Assembly (NCBI GenBank): GCA_027315455.1
Contig: DAHUXZ010000006.1
Span: 8,952-72,951, forward strand
DNA from: Thermoplasmata archaeon
Lineage (GTDB): Archaea; Thermoplasmatota; Thermoplasmata; Lutacidiplasmatales; UBA184
Direction: 5' to 3'
DNA: 64,000 nt
Made by a program: the position numbers and the translations under genes. This document shows, in pieces, positions 29,043-37,860 of the stretch. Position 1 is the first letter of the stretch. Every line of letters begins with the position of its first letter. The notes beneath the pieces are model-generated. The model was not told the DNA's origin. It was given only the letters and a program-made list of their open reading frames with translations, and ran no database searches.

Positions 29043-29327
29043 ATGCACTATCCAAAGGTCGTATCGACCTATTGCCCGAAGTGTCGCAGCCACACGGCCC
29101 ACGAGGTCGAGAAGGGCAAGAAGCGGCCGGCCTCGGAGCTCAAGTGGGGCCAGCGGCGGTTCCGGCGCGCCACGTCCGGCTACGGCGGGTTCCCCCGTCC
29201 CAAGCCCGAGGGCCGGGCGAAGGCGGTCCGCCGGGTCTATCTCAAGTACCGGTGCAAGAAGTGCAAGTACACGGTCCAGCCCGCGAGCTGGCGCGCGAGC
29301 CAGCTCGAGCTCGTGGAGCACCGGTAG
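29043..29327 (+). CDS. rpl44e: 50S ribosomal protein L44e
   Basis: TYCPKCRSHT, WGQRRF, GYGG, CKKC. Confidence 0.95.
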   Translation: MHYPKVVSTYCPKCRSHTAHEVEKGKKRPASELKWGQRRFRRATSGYGGFPRPKPEGRAKAVRRVYLKYRCKKCKYTVQPASWRASQLELVEHR

Positions 29328-29338
29328 GGGTGGAAACG

Positions 29339-29512
29339 ATGGCGCCGGCACCGTTCTGGGTCGTCAAGTGTCCGGACTGCTCCGGGGAGCAGACGATCTT
29401 CAGCCGCCCGTCGACGACGGTCAACTGCTCCGTCTGCGGTGCGACGCTCGCGACGCCCACCGGCGGAAAGGCCGCGCTCCGCGGTGAGCTCGTGCGCCCG
29501 GCCTCGGAGTAG
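29339..29512 (+). CDS. rps27e: 30S ribosomal protein S27e
   Basis: VKCPDC..EQTIFS...CSVCGATLATPTGGKA. Confidence 0.95.
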   Translation: MAPAPFWVVKCPDCSGEQTIFSRPSTTVNCSVCGATLATPTGGKAALRGELVRPASE

Positions 29513-29529
29513 GCCGGAGGGAACCGCGA

Positions 29530-30306
29530 ATGCCGCTCCGGGCCGAGTTCCCGGACGAGGGGGACCTCGTCGTCGGGACGGTCACCTCGATCCGCAACTT
29601 CGGCGCCTTCGTCACCCTCGACGAGTACGCCAACCGCGAGGCGTTCATCCATCTCTCGGAGGTCGCCACGGGCTGGGTCAAGTACATCCGTGACCACATC
29701 CGCGAGGGGCAGAAGATCGTCGCGCGGGTCCTTCGCGTCGACACGGGGAAGGGCCAGATCGATCTCTCCCTCAAGCGGATCAACGACCACCAGCGCCGCG
29801 AGCGGATCCAGTCGTGGAAGAACGAGCAGCGGGCGATGCGTCTGCTCGGGCTCGTCGCGCAGCAGCTCAAGATCGAGCCGGACCAGACCCACGCGTTGTT
29901 CGCCGAGTCGCTGGTGGAGCGGTACGGCAGCCTCTTCCAGGCGTTCGAAGCGGCGAGCGCCGACGCGAAGAAGTTCCAGAAGGACGCGGGCAAGTCGCCC
30001 TGGGCGACGGCCGTCCTCAAGGTCGCCCGGGAGAACATCGTTCCCCCGCACGTCGCGATCACCGGTACGCTCGAGGTGACCGACGCCGGGCCGAACGGCC
30101 TCGAGGCGGTGCGGGCGGCGCTGCTCGAGGCGGAGAAGGTCGACCCGGAGTCCGTGACGGTCCAGTACGTGGGCGCGCCCCGCTACCGGGTCGTCGTGAG
30201 CGGGACCCAGTACAAGCACGCCGAGGAGATTCTCCGCCGGGCGACGGAGGCGGCGCTCGCGCGGATCAAGGAGACCGGGGGCCAGGGCACGTTCGCCCGC
30301 GCATGA
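29530..30306 (+). CDS. eif2a: Translation initiation factor aIF2 subunit alpha
   Basis: FPDEGDLVVGTV S1 domain, IDLSLKR, GAPRYR. Confidence 0.95.
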   Translation: MPLRAEFPDEGDLVVGTVTSIRNFGAFVTLDEYANREAFIHLSEVATGWVKYIRDHIREGQKIVARVLRVDTGKGQIDLSLKRINDHQRRERIQSWKNEQRAMRLLGLVAQQLKIEPDQTHALFAESLVERYGSLFQAFEAASADAKKFQKDAGKSPWATAVLKVARENIVPPHVAITGTLEVTDAGPNGLEAVRAALLEAEKVDPESVTVQYVGAPRYRVVVSGTQYKHAEEILRRATEAALARIKETGGQGTFARA

Positions 30307-30479
30307 CGGAGCCGCTCCTCCACCTCTGCCGCGCCTGCGGGCGCTACACCCTCACCGACCGGTGCCCCCGGTGCGCGGGCCCGGTCCGCAACCCGCATCC
30401 GGCGCGGTTCTCGCCCCAGGACCGCTGGGCCAAGTACCGCCGCGCCCTTACTGCTCCTCCCTCCTCGGGAGGATCGTAG
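30303..30479 (+). CDS. nop10: H/ACA RNP protein Nop10
   Basis: CRAC.RYTL...CPRC...HPARFSPQDRWAKYR. Confidence 0.92.
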   Translation: MTEPLLHLCRACGRYTLTDRCPRCAGPVRNPHPARFSPQDRWAKYRRALTAPPSSGGS

Positions 30480-30486
30480 AACCGTC

Positions 30487-31011
30487 ATGTCGGCCGTCAT
30501 GCACCGGATCAAGGTCGTCAACGACATCAGCGAACTCGTCCCCGTTCTCCGGGCCGTCGATACCCCGGTGAAGCTCAAGCTCGTCCAGCGCCTCGCCGAC
30601 AGCTGGCTCACCGGCGACGACGTCCTGCAGGAGTTCGGCAAGGAGGGGGCGAAGGCGCTCACCTTCTTCGAGAAGCTCAAGCTGATCGATACGCGCTGGG
30701 TCTCGCGGGAGGGTCGGCGCCAACCCGACAAGAGCTACCACTTCTACTACTCCACGATCAACATCAACACGACCGCCCCGCTCCAGGAGGTCTCGGAGAT
30801 CCTCGCGATCGCGTCGATGGCGAACAAGGACTACGAGCGGTTCGAATCCCAGATCTACGAGGCGGTGGGCGAGGGCGGCCGGTTCTTCTCCGACGTGGCC
30901 GAGGAGCTCGGGATGACCCCGACCCGTCTCAAGGGGCTGGTCAAGCGCTCCGACAAGCTCGAGTACCGGGGCCACCGGGTCGAGCGGTTCCATGCCGCGC
31001 CGGTCCCGTAG
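30487..31011 (+). CDS. Conserved archaeal ArsR-like HTH protein
   Basis: VVNDISELVPVL, WLT, LIDTRW...PDKSYH; typical neighbour of trm56. Confidence 0.75.
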   Translation: MSAVMHRIKVVNDISELVPVLRAVDTPVKLKLVQRLADSWLTGDDVLQEFGKEGAKALTFFEKLKLIDTRWVSREGRRQPDKSYHFYYSTININTTAPLQEVSEILAIASMANKDYERFESQIYEAVGEGGRFFSDVAEELGMTPTRLKGLVKRSDKLEYRGHRVERFHAAPVP

Positions 31012-31540
31012 GTCGGCGCCGGGCCACGTCGAGGTCCTGCGCATCGGCCACCGGGCCGGCCGCGACCCGCGCCTCACGACCCACCTCGCGCTCACCGCCC
31101 GCGCCTTCGGCGCCGAGCGGCTCTACCTCCACCCGCCGGACCCCGCGCTCGCCGAGCGCCTCGTCAAGGTCGCCGCGCAGTGGGGAGGGGGGTTCGCGGT
31201 CGAAGGAGTGCGCGACTGGCGGGCGGTCGTCCGCGATCACGGCGGCGCCGTGGTCCACCTCACCATGTACGGCGAGCCGCTCGCTCGCGTCCTTCCCCGC
31301 CTCCGGCGCGCGGACCGGATCCTCTTCGTCGTCGGGGGCGCGAAGGTCCCGAGCGAGCTGTACGCCCGCTCGACGTACAACGTCGCCGTGGGCCACCAGC
31401 CCCACAGCGAGGTGGCGGCGCTCGCGGTGGCGCTGGCGCTCCTAAGCGGGGTGCCGGGTCCGGGGGCGTGGCCGGGGGCCCGACAGGTGATCGTCCCCCA
31501 GGCGCGGGGGAAACGGGTCGTCGATGCGGGGGCCCCGTGA
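30992..31540 (+). CDS. trm56: tRNA (cytidine-56) 2'-O-methyltransferase
   Basis: LRIGHR..RDPRLTTH, VHLTMYG, VGGAKVP, VGHQPHSEVAALA. Confidence 0.95.
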   Translation: MPRRSRRSAPGHVEVLRIGHRAGRDPRLTTHLALTARAFGAERLYLHPPDPALAERLVKVAAQWGGGFAVEGVRDWRAVVRDHGGAVVHLTMYGEPLARVLPRLRRADRILFVVGGAKVPSELYARSTYNVAVGHQPHSEVAALAVALALLSGVPGPGAWPGARQVIVPQARGKRVVDAGAP

Positions 31541-32532
31541 GCTCGCCGCCGATCCCCGCGCAGGCGCTGCCGCTCGCGGCCCGGGCCCCGGGAAAGTGCA
31601 TCCTCTTCGGCGAGCACGCGATCGTCCACGGTCGCCCGGCGCTGCTGCTCGCGATCGACCTGTTCACCCAGGTCGCCCTGCGCGAGTCCGACGCGCTCCG
31701 CCTCAACGGCCGGGTCGACGAGGCGGCCGCCCACCCGTACCTGCGCGAGGCGATCGCGCGTCTGCGCCCCCCGACCGCCGCGCCGCTCGAGGTCACCGTC
31801 ACCTCGCGCCTCCCCAAGGCCGCGGGGCTCGGCTCGTCGGCCGCGTTCTCCTCGGCCCTCGCGGCCGGACTCCTCGCCAGCGCCGGCGGGGCCGCCCGCG
31901 AGCGGCTCGCGCTCGAGGCGTTCGCGATCGAGCGCGGAGCGCAGGGCGTGGGAAGTCCCGGCGACACGACGGCGAGCGTCGCGGGGGGGTACGTCGCCGT
32001 CAACGGCGGCGACGGGCCGCCGCTGTGGGAGCTCGCGGACGACACCCGTCGCTGGGCCGTCCGTCGCGTCCGCGACCCGGGCTGGGTCTGGCTCCTCGCC
32101 TACTCGAAGGTCCCCCGCGACACCGCGGCGACGGTCCGCGCCGTGGGCGCTCGTCTGGCCCGGCCCGACGGGGAGGAGCTCCTCGCCCGCTTCGGCGACG
32201 TCGCGACGCGCGGCATCGCCGCCGTCACCGACGAGGACCGGGCCGGGGTCGCGCGGCTGCTCGGCGAGAACCACGCGCTCCTGCGCGAGGTCGGGGTCTC
32301 CCACCCGCGCCTCGAGGCGCTGATCGAGGCCGTCGCGCCGGTCGTTCAGGGGGCGAAGCTCACCGGGGCCGGGGCCGGCGGGTCGATCGTCGCCCTGCCG
32401 CACCCCGGGCGCGAGATCGACGCGGCCCGACGGGTGGCGCGCGCCGGCGGGGTCGCCTACGTCGTCCGCGCCTCCCGCGCGGGAGCCGCCCTCATCGGCT
32501 CGGCGACCGGGGACCCCGCGGGGTCCGACTAG
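31537..32532 (+). CDS. mvk: Mevalonate kinase
   Basis: APGKCILFGEHAIVHG, PKAAGLGSSAA, KLTGAGAGG. Confidence 0.9.
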   Translation: MSSPPIPAQALPLAARAPGKCILFGEHAIVHGRPALLLAIDLFTQVALRESDALRLNGRVDEAAAHPYLREAIARLRPPTAAPLEVTVTSRLPKAAGLGSSAAFSSALAAGLLASAGGAARERLALEAFAIERGAQGVGSPGDTTASVAGGYVAVNGGDGPPLWELADDTRRWAVRRVRDPGWVWLLAYSKVPRDTAATVRAVGARLARPDGEELLARFGDVATRGIAAVTDEDRAGVARLLGENHALLREVGVSHPRLEALIEAVAPVVQGAKLTGAGAGGSIVALPHPGREIDAARRVARAGGVAYVVRASRAGAALIGSATGDPAGSD

Positions 32533-33725
32533 CGCCGCGCGACGATGCGGACGACGGCGCCCGCGGTGAGCGGGTGGTCGGCGGCCATGGCGCGGTGGGT
32601 GCGGCCGTCGATCGCGCGGATGAAGTTCTCCCCGAGGTCGGTGTGCACGCGGTAGGCGAGACCCCGGGCGGGCGTATCGGCCGGGACGAGGAGCGCGTCG
32701 GGCAGGATCCGTCCGCGGGAGTCGGTCCAGCGCGTCTCGTCCTCGACCGGGTAGACCACGATCTGGCGCAGCCGCTCGAAGACCATCGCTTCGAGCGCCG
32801 CCTGGACGCCCGTCGAGCCCCATCGTCCGAGGATCTGGCGGATCTCCTCGAGGGCGCGGCGCTGCGGGGCGCTGAGGGCGGCCGGGTCGCGCTCGGCGAA
32901 CGCCGGGTCGCCGGGGCGGTAGCTCACGAGCTGGGCGCGGGCGGCCCGGCGCAGGGTGAGCTCCGCCTCGGCGCACGTCGGCACGAGCGGCACGGGGTCG
33001 ATCCGCGTAGCGAGCTCGGCCGTCGACGCGGGGGTGGTCCGGTCGCACTTGTTCGCCGCCACGAGCCGGGGCTTGGCGATCGAAAGGACGGTCCGGGCGA
33101 GGCGGACCCGCTCCTCCCGCGTCCACGCCGACGGGTGGGCGCGGTCGAGCGGATGCGCGCGGAGCGCCTGCTGGATCGCGGCGAGCGGGATCGACAGGCC
33201 GGTCAAGCGGGCGTGCACGAACTCCTCGACCTTGCCCCCCTCCAGCTCCAGGCTACGGGCGCTTCGATCGAAGTCGCGTCCGAGGACCTCGGCGGTCCAC
33301 GCGACGAGCTCGTCCTCGAGCCAGCGGACCTCGTCGGCCGGGTCCTGGCTTCCGGCCGGAGCGAGGACCCCCTCGGCCGTCGTCCCGCCGGAGGCGTCGA
33401 CGACCTGGAGGAACCCGTCGGCGGCCCGAAGGTCGTCGAGGAACTGATGGCCGAGGCCCTTGCCCTCGTGCGCCCCGGGGACCAGCCCCGGGACGTCCAC
33501 CAGGCTCACCGGGACCCAGCGGGTCCCGTCGACGCAGCGCGCGTTGCCCGGAGTGCAGGCGGTCCCCTTCTCGGTGTGGGGGCACGGCACCCGCACGGCG
33601 CCGACCCCCCGGTGCGGGGCGATCGTCGTGAACGGGTAGGGGGCCATCGGCACGTCGAGGAGGGTGAGCGCGTTGAACAGCGTCGACTTCCCGACGTTCG
33701 GCTTCCCGACGACCCCGACCTCCAT
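32529..33725 (-). CDS. ychF: Archaeal YchF/OBG-family NTPase with TGS domain
   Basis: GKPNVGKST, YPFTTI, DVPGLVPGAHEGKGLG, NKCD, VHTDLG. Confidence 0.92.
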   Translation of the reverse strand: MEVGVVGKPNVGKSTLFNALTLLDVPMAPYPFTTIAPHRGVGAVRVPCPHTEKGTACTPGNARCVDGTRWVPVSLVDVPGLVPGAHEGKGLGHQFLDDLRAADGFLQVVDASGGTTAEGVLAPAGSQDPADEVRWLEDELVAWTAEVLGRDFDRSARSLELEGGKVEEFVHARLTGLSIPLAAIQQALRAHPLDRAHPSAWTREERVRLARTVLSIAKPRLVAANKCDRTTPASTAELATRIDPVPLVPTCAEAELTLRRAARAQLVSYRPGDPAFAERDPAALSAPQRRALEEIRQILGRWGSTGVQAALEAMVFERLRQIVVYPVEDETRWTDSRGRILPDALLVPADTPARGLAYRVHTDLGENFIRAIDGRTHRAMAADHPLTAGAVVRIVARR

Positions 33726-33746
33726 CGCCGACCTCGCACCTCTCGG

Positions 33747-34292
33747 CTAGACGGAGTAGTCGGGCCGGATCTCGGCCGCTCCCGAGGATCGGTTCGCGTA
33801 GAGCGCGAGCGCGAACAACAGATCGCTCAGCCGGTTCGCCCACGCCAACAGCTCCGGGGCGACCGGTTCGGAGTCGTTCAGGCCCCAGAGGGAGCGCTCG
33901 GCCCGACGGGCGACCGCGCGCGCGACGTGGAGCTCCGCCCCGACGCTCCCGCCTCCGGGCAGGACGAAGGAGGCGAGGTCGGTCAACTCCTTCGCGTAAC
34001 GGTCGATCTCGGACTCGAGACGCGTCACGTGCCCGGGCCCGATGCGATGCGCTCCCGCGGCGCCGGAGCTCGCGAGCTCGGCCTGCGCGACGAACAGCTC
34101 GTGCTGAAGCCGCGTGAGCAGCCCCGCGAGATCGGCATCGCGGCCGGCGAGGAGGGCCCGGGCGAGCCCCAGGTGGGCCCCTACCTCATCGAGGTCCCCG
34201 ACGGTCGCGATGCGCCGTGCGGTCTTCGCTACGCGTTGACCGCCCAGGAGACCGGTCTCGCCCCGGTCGCCACTACGGGTGTATAGCCGCGT
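33747..34292 (-). CDS. PduO-type cob(I)alamin adenosyltransferase; start proposed at ACG 34292
   Basis: In-frame upstream extension of the ORF-track call gives RLYTRSGDRGETGL...GDLDE...LQHELF; C-terminal FVLPGG, RAVARRAER, NRLSDLLF. Confidence 0.88.
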   Translation of the reverse strand, partial: TRLYTRSGDRGETGLLGGQRVAKTARRIATVGDLDEVGAHLGLARALLAGRDADLAGLLTRLQHELFVAQAELASSGAAGAHRIGPGHVTRLESEIDRYAKELTDLASFVLPGGGSVGAELHVARAVARRAERSLWGLNDSEPVAPELLAWANRLSDLLFALALYANRSSGAAEIRPDYSV

Positions 34293-34459
34293 GGTACCCT
34301 CGCCTCCGGCCGCCCGGGGAGCGCATCGAGGGGAGAGCTCAGCCCGTGGACGGGACAGAACGAGATGTGCAGCACCTCATTATGCTTGGCGTCCTGACGG
34401 CACAATCGGCAGATGAACCCGCTCCGCTCGCTCCACGCAACCACGCCCAACGCTTCCAT
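34229..34459 (-). CDS. Small putative zinc-binding protein
   Basis: ATG with purine-rich leader; CRLC...H...CPVH. The last 64 nt overlap the PduO start in another frame. Confidence 0.45.
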   Translation of the reverse strand: MEALGVVAWSERSGFICRLCRQDAKHNEVLHISFCPVHGLSSPLDALPGRPEARVPRGYTPVVATGARPVSWAVNA

Positions 34460-34489
34460 TCGCTACCGCTCCCTCGAAACCCCGGGGCC

Positions 34490-34891
34490 CTAGCGCTCGA
34501 GGAGGCCCCGCCCCTCGCGGTCCACTCGCTTTCGGTCCCGGGATCGGTCGGAGGTCTCCCGGGCGGCCTTTCTCAGCTCGCGCCACTGCTCGACGTGGAG
34601 CCGGTGGAGCGAGTCGAGGCCCATCGTCAGGACGAGGGTGAGCGCCCCGTCCACGTCGCGGGCATAGCCGTCGTCGACCAGCGTCTCGAGTTTCGAGCGC
34701 AACGTCACCGGTAGATCGAGGCCGCGGGGTCCGGCCACCGGTCCCGTCGCCCCGATGAGGGCGCGCACCGCGTGGGACCGGCTCGGACTCCCGTGCTCCG
34801 TTCGCCAGGTGTCGAGGCGCTCGAGCTCCTCGGACGTCAGCCGGAGACCGACGAACTTCGTCGCCGGTCCGCTTGAGCGAGGGACTCGCAC
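34490..34891 (-). CDS. Ribbon-helix-helix (CopG-like) regulator, probably with two RHH repeats
   Basis: FVGLRLTSEELERLD...SRSHAVRALI and LDLPVTLRSKLETLVDDGY. Confidence 0.75.
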   Translation of the reverse strand: MRVPRSSGPATKFVGLRLTSEELERLDTWRTEHGSPSRSHAVRALIGATGPVAGPRGLDLPVTLRSKLETLVDDGYARDVDGALTLVLTMGLDSLHRLHVEQWRELRKAARETSDRSRDRKRVDREGRGLLER

Positions 34892-34894
34892 GGC

Positions 34895-34943
34895 GTTAAA
34901 CAGAACTCAACGTCTATTTAGATATTGTGACTTTTTGTTTAAC
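34895..34943. promoter_or_regulatory. AT-rich imperfect palindrome, candidate operator/promoter of the RHH gene
   Basis: GTTAAACAGAA (34895-34905) and TTTTGTTTAAC (34933-34943) are inverted with 10/11 matches; central TCTA-TT-TAGA. Confidence 0.6.
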
Positions 34944-35160
34944 ATCGGCGGTACTCCCTTCGTCGAACGGCGGTGGGGGTTCGTTCCGCCTCCACGGACC
35001 GTAGGGGTGCGGCGGGCGGCTTCTCCCCGCCCTCCGGACCGCCCCCGATCTCTCCGACGGCGGCGGTCCTCCCGCGGACCGGAACGCTCCGCCCGCGGTC
35101 CGAGGGCCGGCGTGCGCCGGCAGCGGCATCTCCTTACGTGGGAAGCGACGACCGTTCGTC

Positions 35161-35556
35161 GTGGAGCTCGGCCCGTGCAGCCGCTGCGGGACGCGCAACC
35201 CCCCGGGCAGCCGGTTCTGTTCGCACTGCGGTCGACCCCTGGCGGCCGACGCCGGCGCTCCCACCGGGCCGGGGTTACTTTCGGCGTGGTGGCCGGTCGA
35301 CCCTTCCGCCTCGCTGCCGGGGCGGGATATCCGCTACGTCCTGATCGTCCTGGGGATCGCGCTCGCCCTCGTCGGGATCCTGCTGCTCGTCGCCGGGGCA
35401 ATGATCTCGAGCGCCCTCGCCGCCGGGGCCTCGGGGTGCGTCGGGTCGGGCTGCGCTTCCGTCGACCCGGGGGTGTGGTTCGAGTGGTTCGGACTTCCGC
35501 TGTTGGTCCTCGGGATCGGCCTGGTCGCCGCCGGGATCCTGTGGGCACTGCGGTAG
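35161..35556 (+). CDS. Zinc-ribbon membrane protein
   Basis: CSRCG.RN..GSRFCSHCG followed by two hydrophobic helices. Confidence 0.75.
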   Translation: MELGPCSRCGTRNPPGSRFCSHCGRPLAADAGAPTGPGLLSAWWPVDPSASLPGRDIRYVLIVLGIALALVGILLLVAGAMISSALAAGASGCVGSGCASVDPGVWFEWFGLPLLVLGIGLVAAGILWALR

Positions 35557-35575
35557 GGTCGCCGGGCTTCGGGGC

Positions 35576-36544
35576 CTAGAACATGTCGCCGCGATGGTTG
35601 GAGAAGGCCGGGTCGCTCCCGAGCGGGCGAAGGTCCTCCCCCAGCGACCGGGCCGGGACGAGCGGCTTGGCCATGAGGACCGCGTGGGAGACCGGGGAGA
35701 CGAGGAACCCCCCCTCCCTCAGGTCGACCTCGGCGTCCGTGACGAACGACGTCGATTGGAACGTGAGCCACCGGCCCCGGGCGAGGGAACGGAGGGCCGC
35801 GAGCATCGCCGGCCGGTGCTCCGGCGAAGGGACCACGACCTCGCTCGCGGTGAGGCTCCACGGCTTGTCGTCCGAGAGGTAGGCGTATCCCACGGGTCGG
35901 CGTCCGTCAAATAGGATGCGGAAGTTCTTCCAGCTCCGTCCGCCGAGGCGCGCGCGGAGCGTCGCCTGCGCCGGCGGGCGCGGGAGGAAACCCAGTCGGC
36001 CGTGCGTCCCGGAACGGAGGATCCGTTCGATCCGCCCGGCGTCCGCGGCACCGGCGACGAGCAGCCGGTAGCGCCCCGGCGGCCGTCGCGCCGCGGAGGA
36101 CGGGACCCGGCCCAGGGCGTAGGGCGTCGAGTAGATGTCCTGGTATCCGAGCGATTCATACAGGCGATGCGCGCCCCAGCTCCGCCGGGTCCAGAGGAAC
36201 GACCAGCGGGCCCCGTCGGCCCTCGAGCGTCGGTGCACCTCCTGGAGCAGGGCCCGGGCGTAGCCCCGTCCGAGCCCCGGCGGCCGGGTCACGACGTCCG
36301 CGACCCCGACGACCGGCTGCGTCCCGGTCCGCCCGGTGAACGGGAGGCGCAGGGTCTCGACCCGGGCGAGAAGCTCGTCCCCCTCGACGGCGTAGACGCC
36401 CCAGTAGTCGGTCGTCGGGTAGCCGAGCCGGCGCAGCCGTCCCAGGAACCGGTCGTCCTGCGGGGATTCGTTGTCGCAGACCCCCAGGGCGGCGAGCTGG
36501 GGCCTAAGGCCGGTCGGCAGCCCCGCCAGGTCGTAGATCTTCAC
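35576..36544 (-). CDS. GNAT-family N-acetyltransferase (Eis-like tandem fold)
   Basis: VADVVTRP..LGRGYARALL, AHRLYESLGY. Confidence 0.8.
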   Translation of the reverse strand: MKIYDLAGLPTGLRPQLAALGVCDNESPQDDRFLGRLRRLGYPTTDYWGVYAVEGDELLARVETLRLPFTGRTGTQPVVGVADVVTRPPGLGRGYARALLQEVHRRSRADGARWSFLWTRRSWGAHRLYESLGYQDIYSTPYALGRVPSSAARRPPGRYRLLVAGAADAGRIERILRSGTHGRLGFLPRPPAQATLRARLGGRSWKNFRILFDGRRPVGYAYLSDDKPWSLTASEVVVPSPEHRPAMLAALRSLARGRWLTFQSTSFVTDAEVDLREGGFLVSPVSHAVLMAKPLVPARSLGEDLRPLGSDPAFSNHRGDMF

Positions 36545-36580
36545 GGACCGCTGTCGTGGGACGACGTCGGATCCCGCGGC

Positions 36581-36868
36581 CTACGCTTGGACCGTGATCT
36601 TCCCGGAGCGGCCCGCGGAGACCTGGAGCTTCCCGCGGAAGTCCTTCACCCAGCCGTCGGTGATCCGGATCTTCTGGCCGACCTGGTAGCGCCGCGTGTC
36701 CTCGCCCCACAGGGTCAGGGTGATCGACCCGGTCTCGTCGGTCAGGGTCGCGTCGGCCACCTGGGAGGGGCCCCGCGCTGTCGTGACATCCCGCACTGCG
36801 GAGATCGCGGTGATGGTCGCGTCGATCGTCGCGCTCTGGTTCGCTCGGAGGGTGGCGATGCCGGTCAT
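36581..36868 (-). CDS. Single OB-fold ssDNA-binding protein (SSB/RPA-like)
   Basis: VADATLTDETGSITLTLWGE...GWVKDFRGKLQVSAGRSG. Confidence 0.88.
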   Translation of the reverse strand: MTGIATLRANQSATIDATITAISAVRDVTTARGPSQVADATLTDETGSITLTLWGEDTRRYQVGQKIRITDGWVKDFRGKLQVSAGRSGKITVQA

Positions 36869-37074
36869 GCCGACCGGGGTGAGCCGGCGGAGCGTATAGC
36901 CGTCCCCCTTGCCAGATTCGGGCCCGTCCGGGGGCTGCCGGCCCCCCGCCTCCCGCCGTACCCCCTACCGTGCGCGCCGACCGACGGCCCCGCGGACCGG
37001 CGGCGCGGGTCGAGAGGTTATGGGCCCCGCGTCCCTCTGCGGCCGTGAGCTCGACCCCCGCGCCCCCTCCCCCG

Positions 37075-37860
37075 ATGGAGGTCCCTGCGTCGCTCCGCGA
37101 GGTGACGGAGGTCGCGGAGGTGGACGGGCTCGCCCTCGCCCCGCTCTCCGAGTGGTTCGGGGAGCTCCTCCCGCACTTCATCGGCGAAACGCTGCGCTGC
37201 GGCGGCGAGGTGGCGCTGGCCGTCCAAGCGGACCACCCGGTGGGCCTCTATCTCTTTAGCCCGGGCGAAGAGATCGCGTCCGTCTTCTCCCGCTCGCCCG
37301 CGGTCGCCGAGATGCTCCTTCGCCACCGGCCGGCCCCCTCGACCTTCGCCGAGTTCGCCCTCGCGCCCGGCGCCGACCCGTATACGGTCTTCCTCGCCGA
37401 GCCGGACCGACGGCGGCCCGACGGGACGCTGCGGCACCCGGTGCGCCGCGCGCGCCCCCGGGACGGGCCCGCGATCGTCGGCCTCAACCGGGTCGTGCAC
37501 GGACGGGCGGACGAGCGCTGGTTCGCCGTTCCCCGACCGGCCTCGGAGCAGTACTTCGTGGTCGAGCTCAACGGCGAGCTCGCCGGCGCGGGCGGCTCGA
37601 CCCTCATCGGCACGACCGGTCGCCTCCACTCGCTCGCGGTCCACCCCCGCTTCCGCCGGCTCGGGGTCGGCACGGACCTCGTCCTCGCCCGCCTGATGTT
37701 CCTGGCCGCCGCGGGAGCGCGCCGCGTCTACTCGGAGATCGCCCAGCGGAACGCGCCGTCGCGGGCGATCGCCGAACGCGCGGGGATGCGCGCCGTCGGG
37801 ACCCTTTTCTGCCACGACCGGCCCCGGGCACCGGCGGGGTCTCCGCCGAGACCTCCCTAG
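37075..37860 (+). CDS. GNAT-family N-acetyltransferase
   Basis: LAVHPRFRRLGVG, NAPSRAIAERAGM. The TAG stop lies in the CTAG next to IS1182. Confidence 0.8.
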   Translation: MEVPASLREVTEVAEVDGLALAPLSEWFGELLPHFIGETLRCGGEVALAVQADHPVGLYLFSPGEEIASVFSRSPAVAEMLLRHRPAPSTFAEFALAPGADPYTVFLAEPDRRRPDGTLRHPVRRARPRDGPAIVGLNRVVHGRADERWFAVPRPASEQYFVVELNGELAGAGGSTLIGTTGRLHSLAVHPRFRRLGVGTDLVLARLMFLAAAGARRVYSEIAQRNAPSRAIAERAGMRAVGTLFCHDRPRAPAGSPPRPP

